DNA of 64,000 nt from Nitrospirota bacterium (GTDB taxonomy: Bacteria; Nitrospirota; UBA9217): assembly GCA_963818475.1 (NCBI GenBank), contig CAWFSF010000006.1:1184001-1248000 (forward strand), written 5' to 3'. The notes beneath the pieces were generated by a model, which was given only the letters and a program-made list of their open reading frames with translations, searched no databases and was not told the origin of the DNA. Position 1 is the stretch's first letter; each line of letters opens with the position of its first letter. Of this stretch, positions 19,398 to 30,294 are shown one piece after another. A program made the translations under genes and the position numbers.

Positions 19398-21746
19398 TCA
19401 AAACTGCGAGCCGATGGAGAATTCAAACTGGCTCGCCTGGTCTGCCGGCTTATCGTTTATGATATAGCCCCACTCGAACCGCAACGGTCCTATGGGAGAA
19501 AGCCAGTAGAATCCATAACCCGCCGAATGTCGAAGATCCCGATACCTGATCGGCTCGTGATTGTCGAAGGCCTTCCCGATATCATAGAACAATAAGCCCT
19601 TGAGCCGCGCCGCCGGAACAAGGGGGAAGCTGTATTCCAGGTTGAAGATAAGCTCCTTGTTGCCGCCGATGCGGTCATTGGTTATGGGATCGAGGGGGCC
19701 TAACGTACCATATCGGAAGCCGCGGACGGTGCCCGTTCCTCCCACATAGAACCGTTCACCAAGCGGCAATGGCTTGTCATTGAGCGAAGCTGCCCATCCC
19801 AGCCTGCCCCGGGTCATGAAGACCGTGTCCCAGAAGAGCGGGAAATACCAGGCGACATCGCCCACGGATTTGATAAAGTGGGTATCCCCGTCCAGCGGTC
19901 CGCCGGCGTACTGAACAAAAATGGAATGGCGCGATCCTGTTTTTGGGTCAAGATAGAAATCCCGGGAGTCCCAGGAGAGGCCTGCCGTGACTGCGCTGGT
20001 TGCAATGGTCGGACCATAGATTGCCATTTGCCGCAAAAGCTGTGTCGGAAGCGTGGTCGTGGTGGTTTTAGTAACGATGGAATTGTCATATCCGTATTTG
20101 ACGGAGCCGGAAAAATACTCATTAAAACTTTTTCCCACACCCAGGCCGATGCCTTTTGTATCGAGCGTATACCCGTCGTATTCCTGATCCTGTTTATAGA
20201 GGTCCACCTTGCCCCAGACCGGCTCGTCAAAGAGGTAGGGTTCCGAAAAGCTCAACATGAACAGTTTGTGCGTGCTGCCCCACTGGGTCTTGAACTTGAG
20301 CAACTGGCCCCGCCCTCCCAGGTTGCCCTGGGTGATCTCTGCAATGCCGACCAGTTTGTCCACGGAGCTGTATCCCCCGCCGATGCTCATGGTCCCGGTC
20401 ATTTTCTCTTTCACCTTGACGTTCAGATCCATCAGCTCTTCGCCGCGCTGCCGGCGTTCCGGAACGATGTCAACAGTTTCAAAAAAACCGAGATTGTTGA
20501 TCCGCTCATAGCTTCGCTTGAGCGCTTTTTTGCTGTACAGGTCACCTTCATCGAGGCGCATCTCCCGACGAACTACCTTATCGCGGGTCTTTATATTTCC
20601 CGTGATGTCGATCCTGCCGATGCGTACTTCGCCGCCCTCCTGGATCTCTATGCTGATATCGACCGATCTGGTGTCGGGATTGATGTTAAACTGCGGGACA
20701 ACGCTGGCAAAGGGCCGGGCAATGCCGTCATAGCGGTCCATGATCCTGCCGACATCCTGCCGGAGACCGTCCCTGCTGAAGACATCGCCATGTTTCAGTT
20801 TTACTTCTTTTTCGAGTTCACTGTCGCTGAGCGTGGTATTGCCTTTGAAGGTTGTGGCTCCGATATGGAACTGCTCCCCTTCCCTGATATTGATGCTGAC
20901 GACCAGTTCGTCCTTCCTGGTAACGGTCCTGGTTTGAGATGAGAACCAGCCGATACGTTCCGTATAGGTCTTTGGCTCGATGACTGGTTCGTCCACCTGC
21001 ATCTGAATGTAGCCTTTATTGAAATACAGGTTTCTGATCGTTTCCATATCTTCGCTCAGCTCATCCATGCGCAAGGTGCCGCTTCGGCCAAGAAAGGAAA
21101 AAAACCAGTGCTCCTGGGTCTTCAACACATCCTTGATCTCATCGGACGAAATAGCCTTATTGCCCGAGATAAGGATCTCCTGAAGCGAAACTTTATTTCC
21201 TTCTTCAATATAAAAAACAACATTATGATCGCCGTTGCGGAGTTGGGTGACGACCGGCACGACCACAGCTTCGTAATAGCCTGAATCCTGGTATTTCAAT
21301 CGGATCTTTTCGGCGTTCTCCTGCAGAAGCTGCGCATTGAAAGCAGTCCTCGGCAACAGGGTCACCGCTTCCTTGATTTTGTCCGTGGTCAGCTCTTCAT
21401 TGCCTTCATAGCTAATGTCACGGATTAGCGGTTTTTCCCTGACCTGGAAAATGATCTTCAGTCCGTTCTCAAAACCCTCGGTTTTGACCTGCACATCCTC
21501 AAAATGACCAAGCTGATACAGGACCTTGATATCTTCCCTGACCTGGGCCGGAGAAAAGAGATCGCCTTCCTTTGTTTTTATCTTGGCGAGGACCGTAGCC
21601 GTCTCTATGCGCCGATTGCCCTGGACCTCAATGAGGGTGACCCTGGCAGGCTCCGCGGCATATGCCGGAACTGATATAAGCGCGAAAATAAGTAGGCCGG
21701 CTACCGTGGCCGCAAGCTGTTTAAGCACGTGTTCGAGACCCCCCAT
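19398..21746 (-). CDS. bamA: Outer membrane protein assembly factor BamA
   Basis: POTRA repeats (GN.RI, GNIKTRDKVVRRE), VRGF motif, C-terminal SPIGPLRF...FEFSIGSQF. Start may be the GTG at 21728. Confidence 0.95.
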   Translation of the reverse strand: MGGLEHVLKQLAATVAGLLIFALISVPAYAAEPARVTLIEVQGNRRIETATVLAKIKTKEGDLFSPAQVREDIKVLYQLGHFEDVQVKTEGFENGLKIIFQVREKPLIRDISYEGNEELTTDKIKEAVTLLPRTAFNAQLLQENAEKIRLKYQDSGYYEAVVVPVVTQLRNGDHNVVFYIEEGNKVSLQEILISGNKAISSDEIKDVLKTQEHWFFSFLGRSGTLRMDELSEDMETIRNLYFNKGYIQMQVDEPVIEPKTYTERIGWFSSQTRTVTRKDELVVSINIREGEQFHIGATTFKGNTTLSDSELEKEVKLKHGDVFSRDGLRQDVGRIMDRYDGIARPFASVVPQFNINPDTRSVDISIEIQEGGEVRIGRIDITGNIKTRDKVVRREMRLDEGDLYSKKALKRSYERINNLGFFETVDIVPERRQRGEELMDLNVKVKEKMTGTMSIGGGYSSVDKLVGIAEITQGNLGGRGQLLKFKTQWGSTHKLFMLSFSEPYLFDEPVWGKVDLYKQDQEYDGYTLDTKGIGLGVGKSFNEYFSGSVKYGYDNSIVTKTTTTTLPTQLLRQMAIYGPTIATSAVTAGLSWDSRDFYLDPKTGSRHSIFVQYAGGPLDGDTHFIKSVGDVAWYFPLFWDTVFMTRGRLGWAASLNDKPLPLGERFYVGGTGTVRGFRYGTLGPLDPITNDRIGGNKELIFNLEYSFPLVPAARLKGLLFYDIGKAFDNHEPIRYRDLRHSAGYGFYWLSPIGPLRFEWGYIINDKPADQASQFEFSIGSQF

Positions 21747-21767
21747 TGTTGCCAATAATAACAGGCT

Positions 21768-21796
21768 ACTATAGCATTAAGGCCTTACGGTGTAAA
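21768..21796 (-). promoter_or_regulatory. Sigma70-like promoter of the bamA-lpx operon
   Basis: TTTACA-17 nt-TATAGT with TG extended -10. Confidence 0.55.
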
Positions 21797-21803
21797 CAAA
21801 TAT

Positions 21804-22934
21804 TTAACGAGAAAGCCTTCCCATGACCTCATTTGAGAGCACCATTCCGCGGTCGGTCAGGAACAAACGGCCGGCTTCGTTTTGAAGCAAACCATTGTCT
21901 ATCATCGGCGCCGCCTGCGCCAGCAGGCGGTCCCGCACCAGAGGTCCAAACTCGCCGGCAATACGCTCAAGTTCGATGCCGTTCCTGATCCTCAATCGCA
22001 GCATCACGGTTTCAAGCAGAGCTTCGTCGGGGCCGACTGTTTCATCCTCTGCAGTGACTGAAAAACCGGCATGCAGCCCTGTGCAGTAGGACTTCAGGTC
22101 GGGAACAGAACGGGACCGTCGCGGAGCGATAAATGACCATGCCCCGGGACCGAGTCCCAGATATTCACCCCGGCGCCAATAATTCAGGTTGTGACGGCAC
22201 TCAAATCCCGCTTGTGCAAAATTCGATATCTCATAGTGAAAAAAGCCGGCAGCAGTCAGTCGTTCAACGCTTGCATCGTAAAGTTCCGCGACAGCATCGT
22301 CATCCGGCAGACGAAACGTTCCGGAAGCGGCTTTCTGATGGTAGTTCGATCCTTCGTCCAGCGAAAGATTGTAGGCGGAAACATGGTTGGGACGGAGCGC
22401 CAGGGCACGATCCAGTGTTTGGTTCCAGTCATCAAGGGTCTGGCCGGGAATTCCGTAGATCAGGTCGATCCCGATGTTCTCGAATCCGCAGCGCCGGGCG
22501 CTTTGAAAAGCATCCCAGGCCTGCGCTGCATGGTGAGGTCTGCCGAGCGTTGCGAGCAGCCGGTCCGAGAACGATTGTACACCGATGCTCAAACGGTTCA
22601 CGCCGGACCGCAGTAAAGCCAGAAACAGAGGTTCCGATCCGGACTGGGGATTTGCCTCCACCGTTACCTCTGCATGCGGCGATATTTTGAAGTGCGACCG
22701 GATGATACTGATCACGGTCGTCAGTTGATGGGACGAGAGGACCGTCGGTGTGCCGCCGCCGAGATAGAGGGATCCGAATTCCCGGTCGGAAAAGGTACCG
22801 GCCATGCCGGCGGCTTCGAGACGCAAGGCATCAATAAAGCGATCAGCATTCTGTGCAGTATAGGGTGTTGAATAAAAACCACAGTAAAGACATTTTTTAA
22901 CACAGAACGGTATATGGATATAGAGCGCTAACAT
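21804..22934 (-). CDS. hemW: Radical SAM heme chaperone HemW (HemN-like)
   Basis: LYIHIPFC..KC.YC.F, GGGTP, EANP, YEISNFA, HNLNYW. Confidence 0.9.
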   Translation of the reverse strand: MLALYIHIPFCVKKCLYCGFYSTPYTAQNADRFIDALRLEAAGMAGTFSDREFGSLYLGGGTPTVLSSHQLTTVISIIRSHFKISPHAEVTVEANPQSGSEPLFLALLRSGVNRLSIGVQSFSDRLLATLGRPHHAAQAWDAFQSARRCGFENIGIDLIYGIPGQTLDDWNQTLDRALALRPNHVSAYNLSLDEGSNYHQKAASGTFRLPDDDAVAELYDASVERLTAAGFFHYEISNFAQAGFECRHNLNYWRRGEYLGLGPGAWSFIAPRRSRSVPDLKSYCTGLHAGFSVTAEDETVGPDEALLETVMLRLRIRNGIELERIAGEFGPLVRDRLLAQAAPMIDNGLLQNEAGRLFLTDRGMVLSNEVMGRLSR

Positions 22935-23011
22935 ATTGATTTATCGGCTTTCAGCAGAAGGATAGTATCCCGGCGCATTCGTTTCGCGGTATATATGCAA
23001 CCACTATGCCA

Positions 23012-23482
23012 CTACTTCGGGGAAGTTCCGGCGGGGAGGATCGTTGCAAGGGCAATTTCATCGCAGTTCGGAAACTTGACGCAATTCAGGCAGTCGGTCC
23101 ATATTTTATGAGGCAGTTCTTTTTTATCAACCACGGCAAAGCCGAGCTTTTTAAAGAATCCATCCTGATAGGTCAAAACAAAAACGCGTGCGATCTCGAG
23201 ATGAACCGCCTCTTCCAGGCAACGGCGCACCAGTTTTGAACCAATACCGCTCCCTGCGCGGTCATTCCGTACCGCAAGCGAGCGTATTTCTGCAAGGCCT
23301 TCCCAACTTACGTGCAGCGCACACACACCTAACAGAGCCCCGTTCTCTTCATAGATATGGAAATCCCTCAGATGCTCGTACAATTCATTAAGTGTGCGCG
23401 GCAGCATCTGGCCGGAATCGGCATACTGATTCACCAGCGCCTGAATCGCTTTTACATCTGTCAACCTTGCCTTGCGGATCAT
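23012..23482 (-). CDS. GNAT N-acetyltransferase, short ArgA (N-acetylglutamate synthase)-like
   Basis: MLPR, LAEIRSLAV, GIGSKLV, LPHKIWTDCLNCVKFPNCDE. Confidence 0.8.
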   Translation of the reverse strand: MIRKARLTDVKAIQALVNQYADSGQMLPRTLNELYEHLRDFHIYEENGALLGVCALHVSWEGLAEIRSLAVRNDRAGSGIGSKLVRRCLEEAVHLEIARVFVLTYQDGFFKKLGFAVVDKKELPHKIWTDCLNCVKFPNCDEIALATILPAGTSPK

Positions 23483-23489
23483 AGAACAA

Positions 23490-23518
23490 AAACTACCCTT
23501 TTGAATTGACGATGTCAA
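23490..23518 (-). promoter_or_regulatory. Sigma70-like promoter immediately upstream of the GNAT ATG
   Basis: TTGACA-17 nt-TAGTTT, 7 nt before the ATG, no SD. Confidence 0.55.
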
Positions 23519-23654
23519 CTAAAAAGAATATCACAGGCAGCGATAAGATCCGGCCGGTATGCGGTAATGAACGCATGACCGGCAATGCCGGAACCAACAC
23601 ACGGCATACTGTTGTCAAGCGCGGAATGGCGGCTTCTTGCACCGAAAAGCACTC

Positions 23655-23684
23655 TTGACTTTAATAATGCGATTGGAGTATATT
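23655..23684 (+). promoter_or_regulatory. Sigma70-like promoter of clpC
   Basis: TTGACT-18 nt-TATATT. Confidence 0.45.
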
Positions 23685-23728
23685 TTAAACAGGTAAGCGA
23701 AACTTAAGACAGCAGAAGGCGGTTACCA

Positions 23729-26170
23729 ATGATGTTCGAAAAATTTACTGAACGAGGAAGAAAAGTCATTGTCTATGCCCGCGAGGAGGCCGAGCGGCTT
23801 CAGAACGACTACCTCGGTACGGAGCATATCCTGCTCGGAGCATTGCGCGATGAGGACGGTATCCCCGTAGCAGTGTTGCGCAAGATGGGCATTGATGTCG
23901 ACCAGATTCGCATGGAAGTTGAGCGAAATCTGCCGTCGAGCGGAAATACCTTGACCTTCGGAGATATACCCTTCACTCCCCGCGCAAAGAAAGTGCTCGA
24001 ATATGCAGTGGAAGAAGCCCGGTTGCTTGGTCATAACTACATTGGAAGTGAACACCTCCTGCTCGGCCTGATCCGTGAGGAGGAAGGAATCGGCGGCAAG
24101 ATCCTGCGCAGCTTCGGGGTCAATCTGCTCGGTTCCCGCCAGCTGGTCATCAACTATCTGCGCCGTGCTGCAACCCAGGTGAGCGCAAAGAAGAGCCAGA
24201 CGCCGGCACTCGATGAATTCAGCAGAGACCTCACCCTGCTCGCAAAAAGTGGAAAACTGGATCCGGTCATCGGACGCGATCAGGAGATCGACCGTGTTTT
24301 GCAGATACTGTCTCGGCGGACCAAGAACAATCCGGTCATCATCGGAGAACCGGGCATCGGGAAAACAGCTATTGTCGAAGGCCTTGCCCAACGGATCGTG
24401 AACACCGAAGTGCCGGAAAATGTTTTAAACAAACGGGTCGTATCGCTCGACCTCGGCGCCCTCATTGCAGGCACCAAGTATCGCGGCCAGTTCGAAGAGC
24501 GCCTCAAGATCGTTATGAAAGAGATCGTACAGGCGGAGAACGTCATCTTGTTCATCGATGAGCTGCATACCCTGGTTGGCGCAGGTGCGGCCGAAGGATC
24601 CATCGATGCGTCAAGCATGTTGAAACCAGCCCTGGCACGGGGAGAAGTTCAATGTATCGGCGCAACGACGCTCGATGAGTTCAGGAAGCATATAGAAAAG
24701 GACGGCGCTCTCAAACGCCGCTTCCAGCCCATCTATGTGCAGCCGCCGAGCCTGGACGAGACAATCAACATCATCAAGGGACTCCGATCGAAATACGAGG
24801 CGCACCACAAGGTCAAGATCACGGATGAGGCCGTTGTTGCTGCGGCCAAGCTTTCTGAACGCTACATAACGGATCGATTTCTGCCGGACAAGGCCATCGA
24901 CGTGATCGATGAGGCTGGTGCCAAAGCAAAGCTGAACCGCTATACCTGCCCAGCGGAGATAAAGAGCATTGAGAAGAAGTTAAAAAAACTCGAACAGGAG
25001 AAGAGCCTGTTCTCCCGCATCAAGGATTATGTCAGGGTCGAATCGATCCATGAAGAGGAAGAGCAGCTTCGCGATTCTCTTGACGGCATTCATAAAGATT
25101 GGAAGGATTCTCAGGATAAGAACGTTTCTCTGATCGGAGAAGAGGAAATTGCAGTCGTCATTTCCCACATCACCGGCATTCCCCTGTCCCGGCTCGAGGA
25201 GAAGGAAGCATCCCGTCTGCTCCGCATGGAAGATGAACTGCATAAGCGGATCGTCGGTCAGAATGAAGCTATCGAGGCGGTATCACGCGCCATTCGGCGC
25301 TCTCGCGTGGGCCTCAAGACGCGCAGGCAGCCGATCGGATCGTTCATATTCCTCGGCCCCACGGGGGTCGGCAAAACAGAGCTTGCGCGCACGCTGGCCA
25401 CCTTTCTGTTCGACACTGAAGATGCGCTTATTCGTGTGGATATGTCCGAGTACATGGAGAAGTTCAGTTCGTCCAGGCTGGTCGGGTCCCCTCCCGGATA
25501 TGTGGGGTATGATGACGGCGGGCAGTTGACGGAAAAGATCCGCCGGAGGCCCTACTCGGTCGTGCTCTTCGACGAGATCGAAAAGGCACATCCCGACATA
25601 TTCAACATGCTCCTGCAGGTCCTTGACGATGGGTTCATGACCGACAGTTTCGGCAGAAAAGTTGACTTCCGGAATACCATCATCATCATGACTTCCAATC
25701 TCGGAACGCGTATGATCGACAAGGATACGACCCTCGGCTTCCAGCAGGCATCAGCGAAAACGCAATATGCCAAGATGAAGGACAATGTTATTTCTGAGCT
25801 TAAACGGTCCTTTAACCCGGAATTCCTGAATCGGATCGATGACGTGGTCGTATTCCATACGCTCACCAATGAACACCTGATCACGATCGTGGACCTGCTG
25901 ATCGACGAATTGAACAGTCATATGATCGGGGACCGCAGCATACAGCTTGATGTCGGGCGCGACGTGAAAGAATGGATTATCCAGGAGAACTATCAGCCTA
26001 CCTATGGCGCCAGGCCCATGCGCCGTGCCATACAGAAGTTCATTGCCGATCCGCTCTCAGAGGAAATCCTTCGCGGCAGGTTCAAAGATATCCACGGAAT
26101 ACTCGTGACGCTGAAGGACGGGATTGTCGTTTTTCAGGAAGAAGAGGCTGGCTTGTTGGCAAAGGTATGA
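23729..26170 (+). CDS. clpC: ATP-dependent Clp protease ATP-binding subunit ClpC
   Basis: MFEKFTER, two Clp-N repeats, two Walker A motifs ([16 protein letters not shown]), short middle coiled coil, LGF ClpP-docking loop. Confidence 0.92.
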   Translation: MMFEKFTERGRKVIVYAREEAERLQNDYLGTEHILLGALRDEDGIPVAVLRKMGIDVDQIRMEVERNLPSSGNTLTFGDIPFTPRAKKVLEYAVEEARLLGHNYIGSEHLLLGLIREEEGIGGKILRSFGVNLLGSRQLVINYLRRAATQVSAKKSQTPALDEFSRDLTLLAKSGKLDPVIGRDQEIDRVLQILSRRTKNNPVIIGEPGIGKTAIVEGLAQRIVNTEVPENVLNKRVVSLDLGALIAGTKYRGQFEERLKIVMKEIVQAENVILFIDELHTLVGAGAAEGSIDASSMLKPALARGEVQCIGATTLDEFRKHIEKDGALKRRFQPIYVQPPSLDETINIIKGLRSKYEAHHKVKITDEAVVAAAKLSERYITDRFLPDKAIDVIDEAGAKAKLNRYTCPAEIKSIEKKLKKLEQEKSLFSRIKDYVRVESIHEEEEQLRDSLDGIHKDWKDSQDKNVSLIGEEEIAVVISHITGIPLSRLEEKEASRLLRMEDELHKRIVGQNEAIEAVSRAIRRSRVGLKTRRQPIGSFIFLGPTGVGKTELARTLATFLFDTEDALIRVDMSEYMEKFSSSRLVGSPPGYVGYDDGGQLTEKIRRRPYSVVLFDEIEKAHPDIFNMLLQVLDDGFMTDSFGRKVDFRNTIIIMTSNLGTRMIDKDTTLGFQQASAKTQYAKMKDNVISELKRSFNPEFLNRIDDVVVFHTLTNEHLITIVDLLIDELNSHMIGDRSIQLDVGRDVKEWIIQENYQPTYGARPMRRAIQKFIADPLSEEILRGRFKDIHGILVTLKDGIVVFQEEEAGLLAKV

Positions 26171-26432
26171 GGATTCGGTAATCCGCCGTTACTATCATCG
26201 GTACGGCGTTCGTTCTTCCCTGTTGAACAGTTTTTTGTCAGAGTTGGAAGCGGTGCTTTTCGCTTGCGCGAGGAGAGAGGCCATACCGGCTTTACCTGCT
26301 TCGGTCACAATCCCGAGATAAATCGCGCGTCTTGCCTTTGCAAGAAGACTGTCAAACAATCCCCTCCGCAACGCATCGATTCACGTAAAAAACCCGCTCC
26401 GCCGTGATGCGCCATACGAACCTGCAAAAAAA

Positions 26433-27662
26433 CTATTGCAGTATTTCGGCCATTCGCTGTGCAGCGACAACGGCCTGTACTGGATAGGCCGCATCATCCC
26501 TGATAAGGTATATATTTTTCGCAGTTCCACGTTCAAGCCGAATAGGGGAGGACTCTTCCCGTTTAAGCATGGCGGCAGGTGTTGCGTACTGCGTGCCTTC
26601 GGGCATCTGCGCATGCACTGTATCGCTGAAGCGCTCCAAAAACGGAATGATATCCCTCACCAGATCGATCAGCACTCCCGGCTGGTCGCGATCAGGGGGC
26701 CGGTTCGGGAACCAGACGGTCAATGCCCGTTTTCCGCGTGGTGCCGAACGTTCATCTCCCTGGCTGCTTACGGCCAGGCTGAAAATATCCTCCGGCCTGG
26801 CATAATCAGGAAGGCAGATAACCTCATGTCGCATTCCAATAGGAACGCCCTCGTCCATGATACCGATAAACGTGAAGCTGTCCCTGAGGCGCTCCCGGGT
26901 GTTCAACAGGACAGTTGCGGACTCCACTGGTCCGCCCGTGGTCAAGAGTCCGACCCTGTTGCCCCTTTGCGGCACCATTTCAGGGAATGGTTCCGAGAAT
27001 CGCACGACACCGTCATGCTTCAAGATGACCTCAAGCAGAAGGTCGGCTGTTTTTTTAAATCCCTGAGGCTCATACAGCGGTGAGGTATTGATCATGGAGA
27101 CCAGCGTACTTATCGGCAGCTCATGAACGGATTGGCCAAAGAAATATCGGGACTGGATGTCAAAAAAACTCAGCAGTTCACGACTGAAGCGATACCGTCG
27201 CAGCAGCGCACTGCTTCGACGGCGTCGCGAAAAGAAAGAAGATAATCGATTTTTGGAAGAGCGTGCAGCGATCGTATCGACTGCATGGAAAAAATCCGAT
27301 ATCCTGTCGATCTCATGGGGAAATTCCCGTCTGAGCTCTTCTAAAGTCTCGCTCTTTTCCGGGTATACCGTGAGCCGTCGGTCCGGCAGGGCTACCTGAT
27401 AACTGGTGGAGCGTACTGTGTCGCCATGAGAGATCCCCAAATCAGCATAGAGCTTCTGCAGTACTCCGGAGCGCTCATTCCCAAACGACAGGGTCGGTCC
27501 TACAGGGAACTGGTAGCCCTCTGCTCTCGCAGGTATGAACGCTCCTCCGACCTCCTTACCCGGCGAGAAAACAACGACTTTCTTCCTCTGCCTGGCAAGA
27601 AGCGCTGCTGCTGCCAGCCCACCGAGACCAGCTCCGAGAACGGTCAAATCAACCTTCGGCAA
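26433..27662 (-). CDS. Divergent FAD/NAD(P)-binding oxidoreductase (phytoene desaturase-like fold)
   Basis: N-terminal VLGAGLGGLAAAALLA Rossmann motif; TTG start preceded by GGAGGGAG. Confidence 0.65.
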   Translation of the reverse strand: MPKVDLTVLGAGLGGLAAAALLARQRKKVVVFSPGKEVGGAFIPARAEGYQFPVGPTLSFGNERSGVLQKLYADLGISHGDTVRSTSYQVALPDRRLTVYPEKSETLEELRREFPHEIDRISDFFHAVDTIAARSSKNRLSSFFSRRRRSSALLRRYRFSRELLSFFDIQSRYFFGQSVHELPISTLVSMINTSPLYEPQGFKKTADLLLEVILKHDGVVRFSEPFPEMVPQRGNRVGLLTTGGPVESATVLLNTRERLRDSFTFIGIMDEGVPIGMRHEVICLPDYARPEDIFSLAVSSQGDERSAPRGKRALTVWFPNRPPDRDQPGVLIDLVRDIIPFLERFSDTVHAQMPEGTQYATPAAMLKREESSPIRLERGTAKNIYLIRDDAAYPVQAVVAAQRMAEILQ

Positions 27663-27733
27663 GCTCCCTCCCCTCGCAGGAGCCCGCTGCGCTCCTCTTC
27701 TCGAACATAACTTTTCACGTACCGGACCTGCGA

Positions 27734-27782
27734 AATAAAAAAGGAAATAGGGCTCTTTTCAAGCTTCCTATTTCCTTTTATT
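27734..27782. terminator. Intrinsic terminator downstream of pnp (probably bidirectional)
   Basis: AAGGAAATAGG...CCTATTTCCTT stem flanked by A and T tracts. Confidence 0.7.
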
Positions 27783-27810
27783 GACCTAATGCATCATCCT
27801 GCTATCGTAC

Positions 27811-29912
27811 TTACGTGGACTGTGACTTTTCCTTGTCACGAATTGCTTCCTTACGGGACAGGCGTATCTTGCCCTGCCGGTCGATCTCAAGCACCTTGAC
27901 AAGGATCTCGTCGCCTTCCTTGAGCTCGTCCGTCACTTTTTCGAGCCTTTGTCTCCGATATCTGGGAGATATGCAGCAGGCCGTCCGTGCCCGGGAAGAT
28001 CTCAACAAAAGCGCCAAAGTCCATGATCTTTCGAACTTTGCCCATATACAGTTTGCCGACTTCTGCTTCCTGGCAAATGCCTCTGATGATTTCCTTGGCT
28101 TTGTTGGCAGCAGCTTCATCAGACGATGCGATATTGATCGTACCGTTGTCCTCGATATCGATCTTGGCGCCCGTTTGTTCCACAATGCTGCGGATCACCT
28201 TGCCGCCGCTCCCGATAACGTCCTTGATCTTGTCGGGACTGATCTGCATGGAAATGATCCGCGGTGCAAATGGATTCAGGCTCTTTCTCGGTTCAGCCAG
28301 CGCCTCAAGCATTTTGCCGAGGATATGCAGTCTTCCCTCGCGAGCCTGGTTCAGCGCCGTCCGCATGGTGTCGATGGTAATGCCTTCGATCTTCATATCC
28401 ATCTGGAGGGCCGTAATACCCTTGCTCGTACCCGTGACCTTGAAATCCATATCTCCCAGATGGTCCTCAAGGCCAAGGATATCGGAAAGAATGATCACCT
28501 TGTCGCCTTCCTTGATGAGTCCCATGGCAATGCCGGCTACCGGCGCTTTGATTGGAACGCCGGCGTCCATGAGAGCCAGTGTTCCGCCGCAAACCGTTGC
28601 CATTGACGATGAGCCGTTGGATTCGAGAATATCCGACACCAGGCGGATCGTGTACGGAAATTCCTGTTTCGTAGGCAGCATAGGCTTAAGCGCCCGCTCT
28701 GCAAGGGCACCGTGCCCGACTTCTCTCCTGCCGGGTCCGCGAAGGGGTTTCGTCTCCCCGACGCTGAAAGGCGGGAAATTATAATGGAGCATGAAGGTCT
28801 TGTAGTACTCACCTTCCAGTGAATCTATCCGCTGCTCGTCCTCGGACGTCCCGAGGGTCGTCACGACCAGCGCCTGTGTTTCGCCGCGGGTAAAGAGCGC
28901 GGAACCGTGCGTTCTCGGCAGCATGCCAACGACCGAGCTGATAGGCCTGATCTCGGTGGGCTTGCGTCCGTCTGCGCGGGTATTCTTTTCCAGGATGATC
29001 TTGCGGACCGCGTCCTTTTCGATATCATGAAAGATCTTAGATATCTGGAGGCTGCGCGTCGGGTCATCGTTCTTGAGCTGCTGTTTGATATCGTCAAGCA
29101 CAGCATCGAGAGTTCTCTGGCGCTCCATTTTGTCCGGAATGATGATCGATGTGCGCATTCGCTCCATCGCCAGCGTGGCCACCTGGGCTGCCAGATCTTT
29201 ATCCACTTCGATCGTTTTGACGGTCCGTTTTGATCTTCCCGACCTTTGCAGCAAGATCGTTCTGGAGCGCTACAATTTTCTTGATCTCGCGATGGGCGGT
29301 CTCGAGGGCCTCCAGCATCTGATCTTCCGTCAGTTCCTTCGCGCCGCCTTCGACCATCATGATGGCATCGGCCGTGCCGGCGACCACGAGGTTAAGAGCG
29401 GACAGTTCGATGTCCTTGTGTCCCGGGTTGATGACGAACTTTCCCTCAATAAGGCCGATGCGGACAGCGCCGACCGGGCCGGCGAAGGGCACATCAGAAA
29501 TAACAAGTGCCGCCGACGACGCGATCATTGCCATAAGATCGGTTGAGCTTTCATCTCCCATGGAGAGGACCGACGCAATGACCTGTGTATCAAAGTAATA
29601 CCCGTCAGGGAACAACGGCCTGATGGGCCGGTCGATGAGGCGCGAGGTGAGGATCTCTTTCTCGCTCTGACGCCCTTCGCGCTTGAAGAACCCGCCGGGG
29701 ATCTTGCCCGCGGAGTATGCCTTTTCCTGGTAGTCAACGGTCAGCGGTAAAAAATCCACATTCTGACGCTCCACCTTGGAGGCAACAGCGGTTGAGAGCA
29801 CCACCGAATCACCGTATCGCGCGACAATTGAACCGTTTGCCTGCTTGGCCATCAGACCCGTTTCGAGTATGAGCTTTCTGCCGCCTATTTCAACTTCAAC
29901 TGTTGTTACCAT
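27811..29912 (-). CDS. pnp: Polyribonucleotide nucleotidyltransferase, frameshifted at ~29235 and ~27952
   Basis: [52 protein letters not shown] and S1 domains, spread over three ORFs. Confidence 0.95.
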
Positions 29913-29942
29913 GAAACCTCGCTCTTCGTTAGATGCGTTCGA

Positions 29943-30206
29943 CTATTTCCGAATGCCTAACTGCTCGATGACCTGACGATACTTGTCCAGATCATTCTGT
30001 TTGAGATAATCCAAGTGACGACGACGCTGGCCGACCATCTTCAGGAGACCTCTCCGTGAATGATGATCATGCTTATGCGCCTGCAGATGCTCCGTCAGAT
30101 GCGTGATGCGTCCGCTCAGAAGCGCAATCTGCACTTCCGGTGAACCTGTATCCGATGGATGCCTGCGATACGTATTGATCAGACCTGTTTTCTGTTCCTT
30201 ATCCAT
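29943..30206 (-). CDS. rpsO: 30S ribosomal protein uS15
   Basis: [28 protein letters not shown]. Confidence 0.97.
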   Translation of the reverse strand: MDKEQKTGLINTYRRHPSDTGSPEVQIALLSGRITHLTEHLQAHKHDHHSRRGLLKMVGQRRRHLDYLKQNDLDKYRQVIEQLGIRK

Positions 30207-30294
30207 TCAACCGTCCCTCCTTTCTCAAAGCATTCAGAAGCGAGACAAATTATCATATTTTCAGGATGTTGTAAAGTGTTTTATTTGTTTACTG

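Noticed and set aside
23646-23672. CIRCE (HrcA) operator upstream of clpC
   Set aside because: Only the left half AGCACTC is present; no GAGTGCT follows at N9 spacing.
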